Positions 1 through 9,926 of a stretch of DNA of 64,000 nucleotides are shown here, piece by piece (within the stretch, counting starts at the first letter, position 1; every line of letters starts with the position of its first letter). Below the pieces are notes generated by a model. That model saw only the letters and a list, made by a program, of their open reading frames with translations. It had not been told where the DNA came from and searched no databases. The stretch comes from an uncultured Spirochaetota bacterium. GTDB lineage: Bacteria > Spirochaetota > Brevinematia > Brevinematales > JAOACQ01. Where the stretch lies: assembly GCA_963783575.1 (NCBI GenBank), contig CAWAOD010000003.1:32001-96000 (forward strand), given 5' to 3'. Position numbers and translations under genes: made by a program.

Positions 1-11
1 TCAAGAGTATA

Positions 12-506
12 TTGACACCATCACAGAAAGATTATCCTATCACAAAAAGTCAGCTGGATGTCTTGCGAATGGCGTGTAAAAACGCTGACTTGAAATTGAT
101 TGAGATGCCTGTCAATAATATCATAGGGCTTCAAGCGGGACTTAAAGAACTGGCCCGTTCTAACACTATTCCCGATGTAATATTTACCATAGCAGACCCC
201 ATCTGTGTGATGCCTGACTCATATATTACTATAGCCAAATTCGCGGATGAACATAAAATTCCGGTTACCGGCGGTTATGTATCATTAGGAAATTATGGTT
301 CAATTTTTGTTTATATACCCGAATCCGTACCCCAGGGAAAACAGGCTGCGTTTCTGGCCGACAAGATATTAAAAGGAACGCCAGCGGGGACCATCCCGGT
401 CATCTCTGCCGAGAGTTATCTGAAGATTAATTACAAGGTCGTTAAAAAATTGGGATTGAAGGTTCCTGAAGACTTGTTAAGCAGGGCCGATGAGATAATA
501 AAATAG
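12..506 (+). CDS. ABC transporter substrate-binding protein (ABC_sub_bind/TrpX-like), C-terminal part; 5' end outside window
   Basis: C-terminal pattern QGKQAAFLADKILKGTPAGTIPV...LKINYKVVKKLGLKVPEDLLSRADEII typical of this family. Confidence 0.8.
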   Translation: MTPSQKDYPITKSQLDVLRMACKNADLKLIEMPVNNIIGLQAGLKELARSNTIPDVIFTIADPICVMPDSYITIAKFADEHKIPVTGGYVSLGNYGSIFVYIPESVPQGKQAAFLADKILKGTPAGTIPVISAESYLKINYKVVKKLGLKVPEDLLSRADEIIK

Positions 507-533
507 ATCAGCTTAAATTTCAAGGATTCTAAA

Positions 534-1315
534 ATGACTAAATCTATTGATGTATCTGTAAGTATAATTTCTACGAATGAACGGCATTACATTGAAAAAC
601 TTCTTCCTACTCTATATGATGCGGCAGATGGGATTTCTATGGAGGTAATTTTAATTGACAATAACTCCGACGATCATCTTGAGGAATTGAAAAATAAGGG
701 TTATCCGAATCTCTATATTATACGAAATTTAAAAAGATTGGGGTTTTGTAAAAATCATAATATCGGTATTGAGAATTCAAATGGCCGGTATATTTTAGTT
801 TTAAATCCGGACATACTTTTCGAAAAAGGAGAATCCTGTATAGCGAAAATGGTTCAATTTATGGATAGTCATGGTAATCATGCGGTGTCAGCGGATGCCG
901 GGAATATAATTTTCAAAAAAAATTTGCTTATCCTGCTAGAAGATTTCTTAATTTTCATACGATACTGGTCCGCCGTTTACCCCAATTATTTTATTCGGAA
1001 AAAGTAATGATTAGTTTTTTTTATAAAGACCGGGATATCTATAGTACTTTTGAATGTGACTGGCTGCATGGCTGTTTCCTCTTTTTCAAGAAGGATGCCG
1101 TAAAACAAATCGGCGGATTTGATACGGGTTATCAAAAATATTTTGAAGATGTGGATGTCTGCAACCGTATCCATAAGGCAGGCTGGGATGTTTGCTTTTA
1201 TGGAAACACATATTATTATCACCTTGAACAGAGGGCAAGTAAGAAATTATTTTCTAAAGATGCAATTTTACATATACAAAGCTATTTAAGATGGATTAAA
1301 AAACGTGACGCTTAA
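534..1315 (+). CDS. GT2 family glycosyltransferase (one frameshift near 880; ORFs 534-1007 and 1007-1315 merged)
   Basis: VILIDNNSDD, LGFCKNHNIG, YILVLNPD, then DWLHGCFL, IGGFDTGY, YFEDVDVC; the second ORF's frame is open back to ~880. Confidence 0.85.
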
Positions 1316-1344
1316 CCCAAGAACTACCTGGGGCAAGCGGCTTG

Positions 1345-3197
1345 TTAGTTAACCGGGAGAGATATTATAAACCTGCAGCCGTTCTTTTTTAAATTCTCTA
1401 CCTTGATATTTCCATTATACTTTGTGATAATACCGTATGATACCGATAAACCTAAGCCAAGATTGTCTTTACTGCCTTTTTTTGTTGAATAAAATGGCAG
1501 GAATATATCATTGATATTTTCCAGTTCTGATTCCTTTTCCTGTATCCTGGAAAATGATTTCAATTTCATTCTTATCAATTGCCTTAATGAGGTTAGTCTG
1601 AATGGTTAGAGACCCTCCTTCCGGCATGGCTTCAAAGCTGTTTTTTATTAAATTGAGCATAACCTGGCGGATTTCGGTTTTATTTGTTTTAATTCTCAGC
1701 GGATCGGCTTTTTTAATGTGATTCAGGGTTATATTTCTGTGGATGGCGTCATGTCCTGACGAGAGAAATCATATTATCCAGTAATTCATTGATATCTACA
1801 GCCTCGGATATGTCCGATTTATTGCTGCTGAAGGATATCAAGTTACTGATTATATGCTTAATAGACCCTATTTCCTCCTCCAGATTTTGAACTGTCTCAA
1901 TCAAATTACTATTTTTCATTTTGATTTTTAAATAGTCGAGGTAATTATAGATAATTTCAAGAGGGTTATTAATTTCATGGGCTACTCCAGCCGCGAGTAA
2001 TCCGATGGATGCCAGTTTTTCCGAGAGTATTACTTTTTCACGGAGCTTTTCCTGTTCCGTTACATCCTCTACAATAATCATATTTCCAATATCAATAAAA
2101 CCGTCGCTCAGCGGATAGGTAATTATATTGGTTTTATAAATAAAATTCTCCAGCCTGATAGGCTGGTTGATAAAAGTTTCTTTAATATTCTTTTGAACGG
2201 CGGTTTCTATTAATTTTAGTATCTGTCTATTTTCTTTATTGAATAATCTTTCAATAGGCATATCGATGGAGAATGTCTGTTCTATTTTAAAAAATTCTTT
2301 GGCATAATCATTCATCAGTTTTATTTTATTATTTTTATCAATAACAATCAGGTTGGCAGGGAAAGTTTCCAGAATTGCCTGATTGTATTTTAAAAGCTGG
2401 TAGAATTCCTCATTGTTTTCTTTAAATCTTTCTTCCTGGTTGATTTGAGTATAAGCCAGGCGGATAATGTTGATTTTATCTATATTTTTTATTGAATCGG
2501 TTACTAAAACCTCTCCGTTTCTAATAATAGTAACACGGTCGGCTAATTCAAAAAGCTTATCTATACTATGGGAAATAAACAGGATTGATAAGCCTTCATC
2601 CTTAAGTTTCTGAAGCAGCGTAATGATTCTTCTCAAATGAAACTCCGTCAGCTTTTCCAGAACCTCATCCAGTATCAGCAATTTCGGTTCCGTGAAAATA
2701 TTTCTCAGGATGTCAATAAGCACCGTTTCAGGAATCGACAGGTTCATAACGAGAGTTTCGGAATTATAGTCAAAACCGCATTTTTTTAAAAATTCATTAA
2801 CCTGTTCAACTATTATGGATTTATTTTTCAGTAAAATATTCGGGTTTAATTTTTTATTGTAAATCAGGAAATTATTAGCAATGGATAAATGTTTGCATAG
2901 CTGTGTGTGCTGCATTACCATCTGAATCCCTAATTTTTGGGCCATTTTCCTGGGGAAATAACCGCAAGACTTTTTATCCCATAAAATATTCCCTGACTGG
3001 GGAAATAGAAAACCGCTTAAGACTAAGCCCAGAGTAGATTTTCCAGAAGCATGTTCACCGACGACCGCATGGATTTCAGAAGGATAGAGCTCAAATGAAA
3101 TATTCTTCAGCGCTGAAACAGCGCCATATTTGACATTTATTCCATCCAGAACCATTAATGGCGTTTTTTTATTTGTTTCTGTCAATTGGTATGCCAT
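1345..3197 (-). CDS. Fusion protein: RbsA-like ABC ATPase domain + PAS-like domain + histidine kinase (HisKA/HATPase_c); frameshifts near 1755 and 1525
   Basis: Walker A GEHASGKST, Walker B LLILDE, H-loop ISHS; H-box AGVAHEINNPL; bridging frame gives N-box NLIKNSFEAM and G1 DTGKGI; last ORF gives F-box IFLPFYSTK and G2 LGLGLS. Confidence 0.85.
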
Positions 3198-4527
3198 ATT
3201 TTTCCAGCTTGTTATAAAGAGTCGCCCTACTCATTGATAAAATACCGGCTGTTTTTTTCTTATTAAACCCGGTCTCATCTAAGGTTTTCAAAAGAAGTTT
3301 TTTTTCAATTCTTTCCCTGACATTACTTTCCGTATTGCTAATTTTATCGTTAATTATATATGCAGGCAAATTTTCAAGCTCGATCTTATCCTCATCGGAA
3401 ACGGCGAGCGCATATTGAACAAAATTCTTCAATTCCCTTACATTTCCAGGCCAATCATAATCTAAAAAAATTTTTTTTACTTCTTCTTTAATTTCAATAT
3501 CTGTTTTATTCTTTTCTTTTTTAAATTCATGAATAAAATAATTAACCAGTAAAACAATATCTTCTTTTCTATCCCGCAGTGATGGTATGTTTAATACGGC
3601 GGAATTTAATCGGTAAAACAGGTCTTCCCTGAAAGTTTTATTTTCGATTAATGTTTTTAAATTTTTATTTGTCGCTGTTATAAAACGGACATCGACTTTT
3701 ATATTTTCTTTTCCTCCCAATCTCCTGATTTCATGGTTCTGTATGGTGCGTAGTATTTTAGCCTGGATGGATAATGGCATATCACCCAGTTCGTCTAAAA
3801 ACAAAGTGCTGCCGTCTGCCTGTTCAAATACACCTTTATAAGTATTATTAGCGCCTGTAAACGCGCCTTTATCATGACCGAACAGTTCATTATCAAGGAG
3901 AGATTCGGGAAAAGATGCGCAGTTTATTTTTATCATTTCTTTATATGCCCTTGAGGAATTGGCATGAATAAAGTCGGCCAATACTTCTTTTCCTGTGCCG
4001 CTTTCCCCCGTAATCAGAATAGGCAGATCGGATTCAGCGATTTTAGCTGCCTTTTTACAGATATTTTTCATATCAATGTTATCTGTAATGATAGTTGAAG
4101 AATAATCGATAATCCTTTTTTTTAATTGACTGTTCTCGTTTTCTAATTTTTTTACCCGGGTCGCGTTTTCAACAACTGTCAATAATTTTTCGAATTTAAC
4201 AGGTTTATTAAGGTAATCGTATGCCCCCAGTTTTATGGATGTAACTGCTGTTTCAATAGTTCCATAACCTGTAAGCATTATAACCGGTGTTTTCTTTATT
4301 TCTATTAACTTTTGCAGTACATCAATACCGTTTTCCGATCCCAGTTTAACATCAAGAATTACCGCATAATAATTATTTTTTTTATAGTGTGATAAAGCAT
4401 CCTGACCATTCAAAGCATATGAAACCATGTATCCCCTTTCGATAAAACTCTGCCGAAGGCTTGCGCATAGCTTTTCGTTGTCATCGATTATAAGAATTGG
4501 TATCTTTTGTGTATGATTATTTGACAT
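3169..4527 (-). CDS. NtrC/AtoC-family sigma-54-dependent response regulator (REC-AAA+-Fis HTH)
   Basis: ILIIDD...VILDVKL receiver, GESGTGKE Walker A, GAFTGA loop, FLDELGDM, WPGNVREL, SRATLYNKL HTH. Confidence 0.95.
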   Translation of the reverse strand: MSNNHTQKIPILIIDDNEKLCASLRQSFIERGYMVSYALNGQDALSHYKKNNYYAVILDVKLGSENGIDVLQKLIEIKKTPVIMLTGYGTIETAVTSIKLGAYDYLNKPVKFEKLLTVVENATRVKKLENENSQLKKRIIDYSSTIITDNIDMKNICKKAAKIAESDLPILITGESGTGKEVLADFIHANSSRAYKEMIKINCASFPESLLDNELFGHDKGAFTGANNTYKGVFEQADGSTLFLDELGDMPLSIQAKILRTIQNHEIRRLGGKENIKVDVRFITATNKNLKTLIENKTFREDLFYRLNSAVLNIPSLRDRKEDIVLLVNYFIHEFKKEKNKTDIEIKEEVKKIFLDYDWPGNVRELKNFVQYALAVSDEDKIELENLPAYIINDKISNTESNVRERIEKKLLLKTLDETGFNKKKTAGILSMSRATLYNKLEKYGIPIDRNK

Positions 4528-4665
4528 AGGCTAAAACCCCAGTGTTTAATTATTGTACACTTTTATTATTTTGTCAAGCTTAATTCATTGAATAATTCTT
4601 TTTATAAATATCTATTCTATTATCAATTATATAAATAATTAATATTATAAATAAAACCTGGTATA

Positions 4666-4681
4666 TGGCATAAATATTGCG
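4666..4681 (+). promoter_or_regulatory. Sigma-54 (-24/-12) promoter pointing at the sugar ABC operon
   Basis: TGGCAT-AAATA-TTGCG matches TGGCAC-N5-TTGC with exact spacing; adjacent to a sigma-54 activator gene. Confidence 0.7.
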
Positions 4682-4912
4682 AATCTCATCCAAATGTATT
4701 GTTATTTTGAATGAAGCTCTGGCAACATTCACTAATATTTAATCCATTGTCAATTCTATAATAACCTTCTAAGAACAGGGAAAAGGGTATTTTCAGCACA
4801 CTATTTAATATATAATTGAGCTACCCAACGCTATAAGGAATGAAAGCAGAATTTGAAAATAATTATACGATAATAATATTTATCACTAAATAAAATATCC
4901 CTAAAAAAACTA

Positions 4913-4941
4913 TTGACAATCGGAAGCTCATGATATAAAAT
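4913..4941 (+). promoter_or_regulatory. Sigma-70 promoter of the sugar ABC operon
   Basis: TTGACA (4913-4918), 17 bp spacer, TAAAAT (4936-4941). Confidence 0.7.
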
Positions 4942-4943
4942 AA

Positions 4944-4958
4944 TGTAAGCGCTTAACA
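4944..4958. promoter_or_regulatory. LacI-family operator (cre-like)
   Basis: TGTAAGCGCTTAACA with perfect core TAAGCGCTTA directly after the -10 box; LacI gene lies at the operon's other end. Confidence 0.7.
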
Positions 4959-5017
4959 TAATAGGTTTATTATCCAACTGAGTATAAAAATAAGATTATT
5001 CGGAGGAAGCAAAGGCT

Positions 5018-6513
5018 GTGGAACAGTTATTGATAAAAGTTGAAGATATTGTAAAGGAGTTTCCCGGTGTTACGGCTTTGTATAAAATGAATATGGATCT
5101 CCGGAAGGGGGAAGTTCATGCCATTGTCGGTGAAAACGGAGCCGGTAAATCGACGCTTATGAAAATATTAGGCGGCGTTTATCAGCCTGATGAAGGCAGG
5201 ATCTTTTACAAGGGTAATGAGACAAAGATTGAAGGCCCTCATGATGCTCAAAAGAAAGGGATCAGTATTATTTATCAGGAATTAAACCTAGCGCCCCATT
5301 TGACTGTTGCGCAGAATATTTTTCTTGGCAGGGAACCTGTTTTTTATGGCGGAGTGCTTAATAAAAACAGGCAAAATGAACAGGCTGTGAAGATTTTGAA
5401 ATCACTTAATTTAGATATTGATCCCGATACAATTGTGAAAGATCTTGGAGTCTCAAAGCAGCAGATGGTTGAAATTGCCAAGGCTTTATCAATTAAATCG
5501 GAAATCCTGATAATGGATGAACCCACATCCGCTTTAAGCGAATCTGAAATAGATGAATTATTTAAGGTTATCCATAACCTTAGAAACGAGGGTGTCGGAA
5601 TATTTTATATTTCACACCGTCTTGAAGAATTAAAGCATATTGTAGACCGGATAAGTATAATGAGAGACGGTAAATTGATTGGGACTTATGATTATGGAAC
5701 ATTGACGCTTGATAGTATTATTGCAAAAATGGTCGGCAGGGAATTAAAGGATAAATTTCCAGCCAGAGATATCAGTTTAGGAGAAAAAGTCCTGGAAGTT
5801 AAAAATCTGTCCAGGAAAGGTGTTCTGGAAGATATCAGCTTTTCATTAAATAAAGGAGAAATATTTGGGAGTAGCCGGATTAATGGGCTCCGGGAGGACA
5901 GAGCTGGCGAGGGCTTTGTTTGGTGCCGATAAGATCGATCATGGTAAGATTTATATTGACAGAAAAGAAGTCTCTATCAAAAGCCCGAGGGGTGCCATTA
6001 AAGAATACATAGGATTTATCACTGAAGATAGAAAAAAAGACGGATTGGCTTTAACCCTTCAGGTTGATGATAATATAGTTTTAGCCAGTGTGAAAAATGT
6101 ATCAAACGCATTGGGTATTGTATTGGATGGGAAAAAAAGGAAAGTCGCTGAAAAATTTGTTTCTGACTTAAAAATAAAAACTCCCAGCCTGCAGCAGAAA
6201 GTAAATAAGCTGAGCGGAGGAAACCAGCAGAAAGTTGTCCTGGCAAAATGGCTTAGCAGGAAAACAAAAATCCTGATTATGGACGAACCAACCCGCGGTA
6301 TTGATGTCGGAGCCAAGTTCGAGGTTCATGAATTAATGAATTCCCTGGTTAGAGAAGGAATGTGTATCATTATGATATCTTCCGAATTACCTGAAATTCT
6401 CGGGATGAGTGATAGAATTCTTGGTATTGCATGACGGCAGGGTTTTCGGAATATTAGATAAAAATGAGGCAACTCAGGAGAAGATTCTGAGTCTGGCTAC
6501 CGGTTTAGTATAA
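5018..6513 (+). CDS. rbsA: Monosaccharide (CUT2) ABC transporter ATP-binding protein, RbsA/MglA type; frameshifts near 5870 and 6425
   Basis: GENGAGKST, ILIMDEPT, ISHRLEE; second NBD GLMGSGRTE, LSGGNQQK, DEPTRGIDVGAK; tail VLHDGR...ATQEKILSLATGLV* in a third frame. Confidence 0.9.
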
Positions 6514-6536
6514 AATAATTAAGAGGTAATGTTGAT

Positions 6537-7520
6537 ATGAGTCCAAATGAATTAACGAAAAAAGAGGCCGTTACTCCAAAAAAAGCTGTTTTTAAAGGGA
6601 ATTTCCTGGAGCAAATAGGGCCATTTGCGGCGCTGATAATAATGTTTATTGTTTTTTCAATCATTTCCAATCATTTCTTTACCCTGCCGAATCTTTTAAC
6701 GGTCGCTTTGCAGACAAGTATTATCGCTTTTATTGGCATCGGTGTTACATTCTGCATTATCACAGCTGGGATAGATTTGAGCATCGGTTCCGTCCTTGCT
6801 TTCAGCAGTGTATGCGGCGGCCTGGCCATGAAAGCCGGCATTCCTGTGCCTATCGCTGTTTTATTAGCTTTATTAGTAGGAATGGCTTGCGGTTTATTCA
6901 ATGGTTTTATCATCACGAAAGGGCATCTTCCCCCTTTTATCGCAACCCTTGGAATGATGTCGATCGCAAGAGGCGCCGGGCTTTTTATCACGAATGCCGC
7001 TCCGATTATGGGTTTTCCCAATTCCTTCGAATTTCTGGGAGGAAGGATTTATAACATCATTCCTGTACCTGTAATTATAATGATCATTGTCGCGTTGATA
7101 TTCGGTTTTATACTGACAAAAACAAGGCTCGGTCTTTATGCCTATGCGATTGGATCTAATGAAGAGGCTGCGAGACTATCCGGTATCAATATAGACCTGG
7201 TTAAGTTCTCGGTCTACGCAATATCCGGAATTCTTGCCGCAGTAGCGGGAATAGTGCTTGCATCCCGTCTTGCCACCGCACAGGCAACAGCTGGTGTAGC
7301 GTATGAACTGGATGCGATAGCGGCCGCCGTTATCGGCGGGACCAGTTTGATGGGAGGAGTTGGCACCATAACAGGTACCCTGATCGGGGCTTTTATTATC
7401 GGAATTATGAGAAACGGTTTAAATATGATGGGTGTTTCCAACTTTATTCAGCAAATGATTATAGGACTTGTTATTATTGGTGCGGTTTATATCGATCAAT
7501 TAAGGAATAGAAAAAAATAA
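6537..7520 (+). CDS. rbsC: Monosaccharide ABC transporter permease, RbsC type
   Basis: GIDLSIGS, PPFIATLG, AIGSNEEAARLSGI, YELDAIAAAVIGGTSLMGG. Confidence 0.92.
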   Translation: MSPNELTKKEAVTPKKAVFKGNFLEQIGPFAALIIMFIVFSIISNHFFTLPNLLTVALQTSIIAFIGIGVTFCIITAGIDLSIGSVLAFSSVCGGLAMKAGIPVPIAVLLALLVGMACGLFNGFIITKGHLPPFIATLGMMSIARGAGLFITNAAPIMGFPNSFEFLGGRIYNIIPVPVIIMIIVALIFGFILTKTRLGLYAYAIGSNEEAARLSGINIDLVKFSVYAISGILAAVAGIVLASRLATAQATAGVAYELDAIAAAVIGGTSLMGGVGTITGTLIGAFIIGIMRNGLNMMGVSNFIQQMIIGLVIIGAVYIDQLRNRKK

Positions 7521-7558
7521 AAAACTGTTTTAAACAGTAATAAATAAGGAGGAAAACT

Positions 7559-8518
7559 ATGGTTAAGTTCTTTAAGGGAAAGAACTGGTTAGTCAGTCTT
7601 GCTGTCGCTGCTGTGTTTAGTTTTGTGTGCGCGATTCTATATGCCGAAGATGTTGCAGTAATTGTGAAAACCGCTAATTCAGATTACTGGCAGGTGGTCA
7701 ACAAAGGAGCTATGCAGGCTTCTAAGGATTTCGGCTTTACGTTTACCTATGATGGCCCGTCTGCCGAAACCGCTATTAATGAAGAAGTATCATTGGTAGA
7801 AAACGCGATCAACAGAAAGGTTAAAGCGATTGTACTGGCTCCTTCTGATCCGCAGGGATTGGTATCTGTCGTGAAAGCTGCAGTTGCTGCTAAAATCACT
7901 ATAATCGGAATAGACTCGGCTCTTGCCGACAATAATCTTTTCGATGCCTTCCTGACAACCGATAATGTCGCGGCAGGTAAAAAAGCGGCCGATGAATTGA
8001 TCAAAAGGATGGGAAAGACTGGAAAAGTGGCTTTAATGCTTTATGTTGCCGGCGCAGGCAGCTGTGTTGACAGACAAAAAGGATTTACCGATGAAATTAA
8101 GAAAATGGCGCCTGGAATCAAAATTGTTGGACCTTACTATTCCGATGCAGATTCCGCAAAAGCTTTGAATCAGATGACTGATGTTTTAGCATCCAACCCC
8201 GACCTCAAAGGCGTATTCGCTGCTAATGAACCGACCGCTATCGGCGTAGGCCGTGCTATCCAGGAACAAGGCAAAGCCGGAAAGCTGGTTGCAATCGGTT
8301 TTGACGGAACTCCGCAGTTACAGGAATTTGTCAAGAGCGGCGTTTATCAGGCTATTATGGTTCAGAGTCCTTTTAATATGGGATACCTGGGCTTACAGGC
8401 TGCTATGGACAAGGTAAAAGGAAAAACTATTAAGAAATTCATTGACACCGGAGTATTTTCAGTAACAACAGAAAATATTGCTTCTGATGAAGCTCAGAAA
8501 GCATTGGGCAACAAATAA
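7559..8518 (+). CDS. Sugar ABC transporter substrate-binding protein, RbsB-like
   Basis: Signal peptide; YWQVVNKGA, TDNVAAGKKAA, GFDG, VQSPFNMGY; GGAGG RBS. Confidence 0.9.
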   Translation: MVKFFKGKNWLVSLAVAAVFSFVCAILYAEDVAVIVKTANSDYWQVVNKGAMQASKDFGFTFTYDGPSAETAINEEVSLVENAINRKVKAIVLAPSDPQGLVSVVKAAVAAKITIIGIDSALADNNLFDAFLTTDNVAAGKKAADELIKRMGKTGKVALMLYVAGAGSCVDRQKGFTDEIKKMAPGIKIVGPYYSDADSAKALNQMTDVLASNPDLKGVFAANEPTAIGVGRAIQEQGKAGKLVAIGFDGTPQLQEFVKSGVYQAIMVQSPFNMGYLGLQAAMDKVKGKTIKKFIDTGVFSVTTENIASDEAQKALGNK

Positions 8519-8564
8519 AAGGAAAGTAGTTTAAAACTAATTGTGAAAATTAGTTTGGGCAAAA

Positions 8565-8599
8565 GGTCTGTGTAATAGCACTAGTCTATTACACAGACC
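8565..8599. terminator. Probable bidirectional terminator hairpin between the ABC operon and convergent lacI
   Basis: 14-bp perfect stem GGTCTGTGTAATAG / CTATTACACAGACC. Confidence 0.65.
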
Positions 8600-8708
8600 G
8601 GATAATAAAATTGAAAAGAAAATTTGGTTTTCTAAGAAATGTTAAATGAAAAATTCATATAAAGCAAGTTTTTACTTTGATTTAATGAGGATCAATCCAC
8701 AAGGTAAT

Positions 8709-9743
8709 TTATCCCTTTGTGGATTTTCTGGTTACGAGTGAACAGGAGATTTTTATCTGCTTCTGTTGAATGGGTTTACCTTCAATCAGCTGCATCAAAA
8801 TATTAAAAGCCATTGAGGCTATGGTTTCAACATGCTGATCGACGGTCGTCAGAGGCGTCTTGAAATACCGAAGATATTTGTTATTACCATAACCCGCCGT
8901 CATGATATCTTCAGGGACATTGATTTTATACTCATCCAGAGCTTCCAGGATTCCCATGGAAACATAGTCGTTAACCCCAATGACGGCGTCAATGGATTTT
9001 ATTTTACCGCTCTGTATCAAATTGCTGGTCACTTTATATCCATCTTCCTGAAAATAACTGCTTTCTAAAATCAGGCTGTCATCCATTAGGATTCCTTTTT
9101 CATTATATGCCTTCCGATATCCCTCAATTCTTTCTATGCTAACGCTGGTTTCCCTGCTTCCAGCAATAAAAGCGATTCTTTTCGCCCCTTTGTCTAAAAT
9201 ATGGCTGACTAATTGATAAGAGCCGTCTACATCGTCCGTTGTTACACAATTAAAATTCTTATTATTTTTAAAATAACGGTCGACAAGGACCAGAGGAATT
9301 TTTTGCTTTTGTATGTTTTCAAGAAATTCTATGTTTTCATCATTCATGGCGGGAGCGAGTATAATACCGTTAACCCTTCGTGAAATCATAGTTTCCAGGG
9401 CTTTTCTTTCAGCATGGGTATCCTCGTAACTATGGGATAAAAAAATGCTGTAATTCATGTCCACCGCTCTTTTACTGACTTCATAACAGAGTTCATTGAA
9501 AAAAAGCTGCATGATATCTGGAATAATCAGGCCGATAGCCATGCTATTCCGAAGGGAAAGTGCTTTCGCGGCAAAATTCGGGACATAACCCAATTCTTTA
9601 GAGGCCGCTAATACTTCATCCTTTGTCTTTTTACTGATGGGTATTCCCTTCTGATCTATGCCATTTAATACCCTTGAAACGGTTGCAATGCTTTTTCCCG
9701 TTTTTTTGGCGATATCCTCGATTGTGGGATATTGTTTAATCAT
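8709..9743 (-). CDS. LacI-family transcriptional regulator (likely start MIKQYP at 9743)
   Basis: PTIEDIAKKTGKSIATVSRVLN HTH, GYVPNFAAKAL hinge, PLTTVDQ, LVTRKST. Confidence 0.93.
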   Translation of the reverse strand: MIKQYPTIEDIAKKTGKSIATVSRVLNGIDQKGIPISKKTKDEVLAASKELGYVPNFAAKALSLRNSMAIGLIIPDIMQLFFNELCYEVSKRAVDMNYSIFLSHSYEDTHAERKALETMISRRVNGIILAPAMNDENIEFLENIQKQKIPLVLVDRYFKNNKNFNCVTTDDVDGSYQLVSHILDKGAKRIAFIAGSRETSVSIERIEGYRKAYNEKGILMDDSLILESSYFQEDGYKVTSNLIQSGKIKSIDAVIGVNDYVSMGILEALDEYKINVPEDIMTAGYGNNKYLRYFKTPLTTVDQHVETIASMAFNILMQLIEGKPIQQKQIKISCSLVTRKSTKG

Positions 9744-9776
9744 AATATTATTCCTTTTCTTTTCATTTGTTAATAT

Positions 9777-9786
9777 TAAACGTTTA
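9777..9786. promoter_or_regulatory. Possible LacI autoregulatory operator
   Basis: Palindrome TAAACGTTTA ~35 bp upstream of the lacI start, resembling TAAGCGCTTA at 4946. Confidence 0.45.
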
Positions 9787-9926
9787 CTATTATAAAATTT
9801 CATTTTGAAATAAACAAGTTTTTCATGTTCTAGGAACTTAAAAAGGGGGCGGTAAAACCTTCTTTTATTTCCTTGACAGAATATTGTAAAAATAATTATA
9901 ATATTGAATAATTACCGGAGAGTTTC

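Noticed and set aside
5018..6513. Programmed ribosomal frameshifting in rbsA and other split genes
   Set aside because: Shifts are scattered over unrelated genes, often two per gene, with no common slippery sequence; assembly error is simpler
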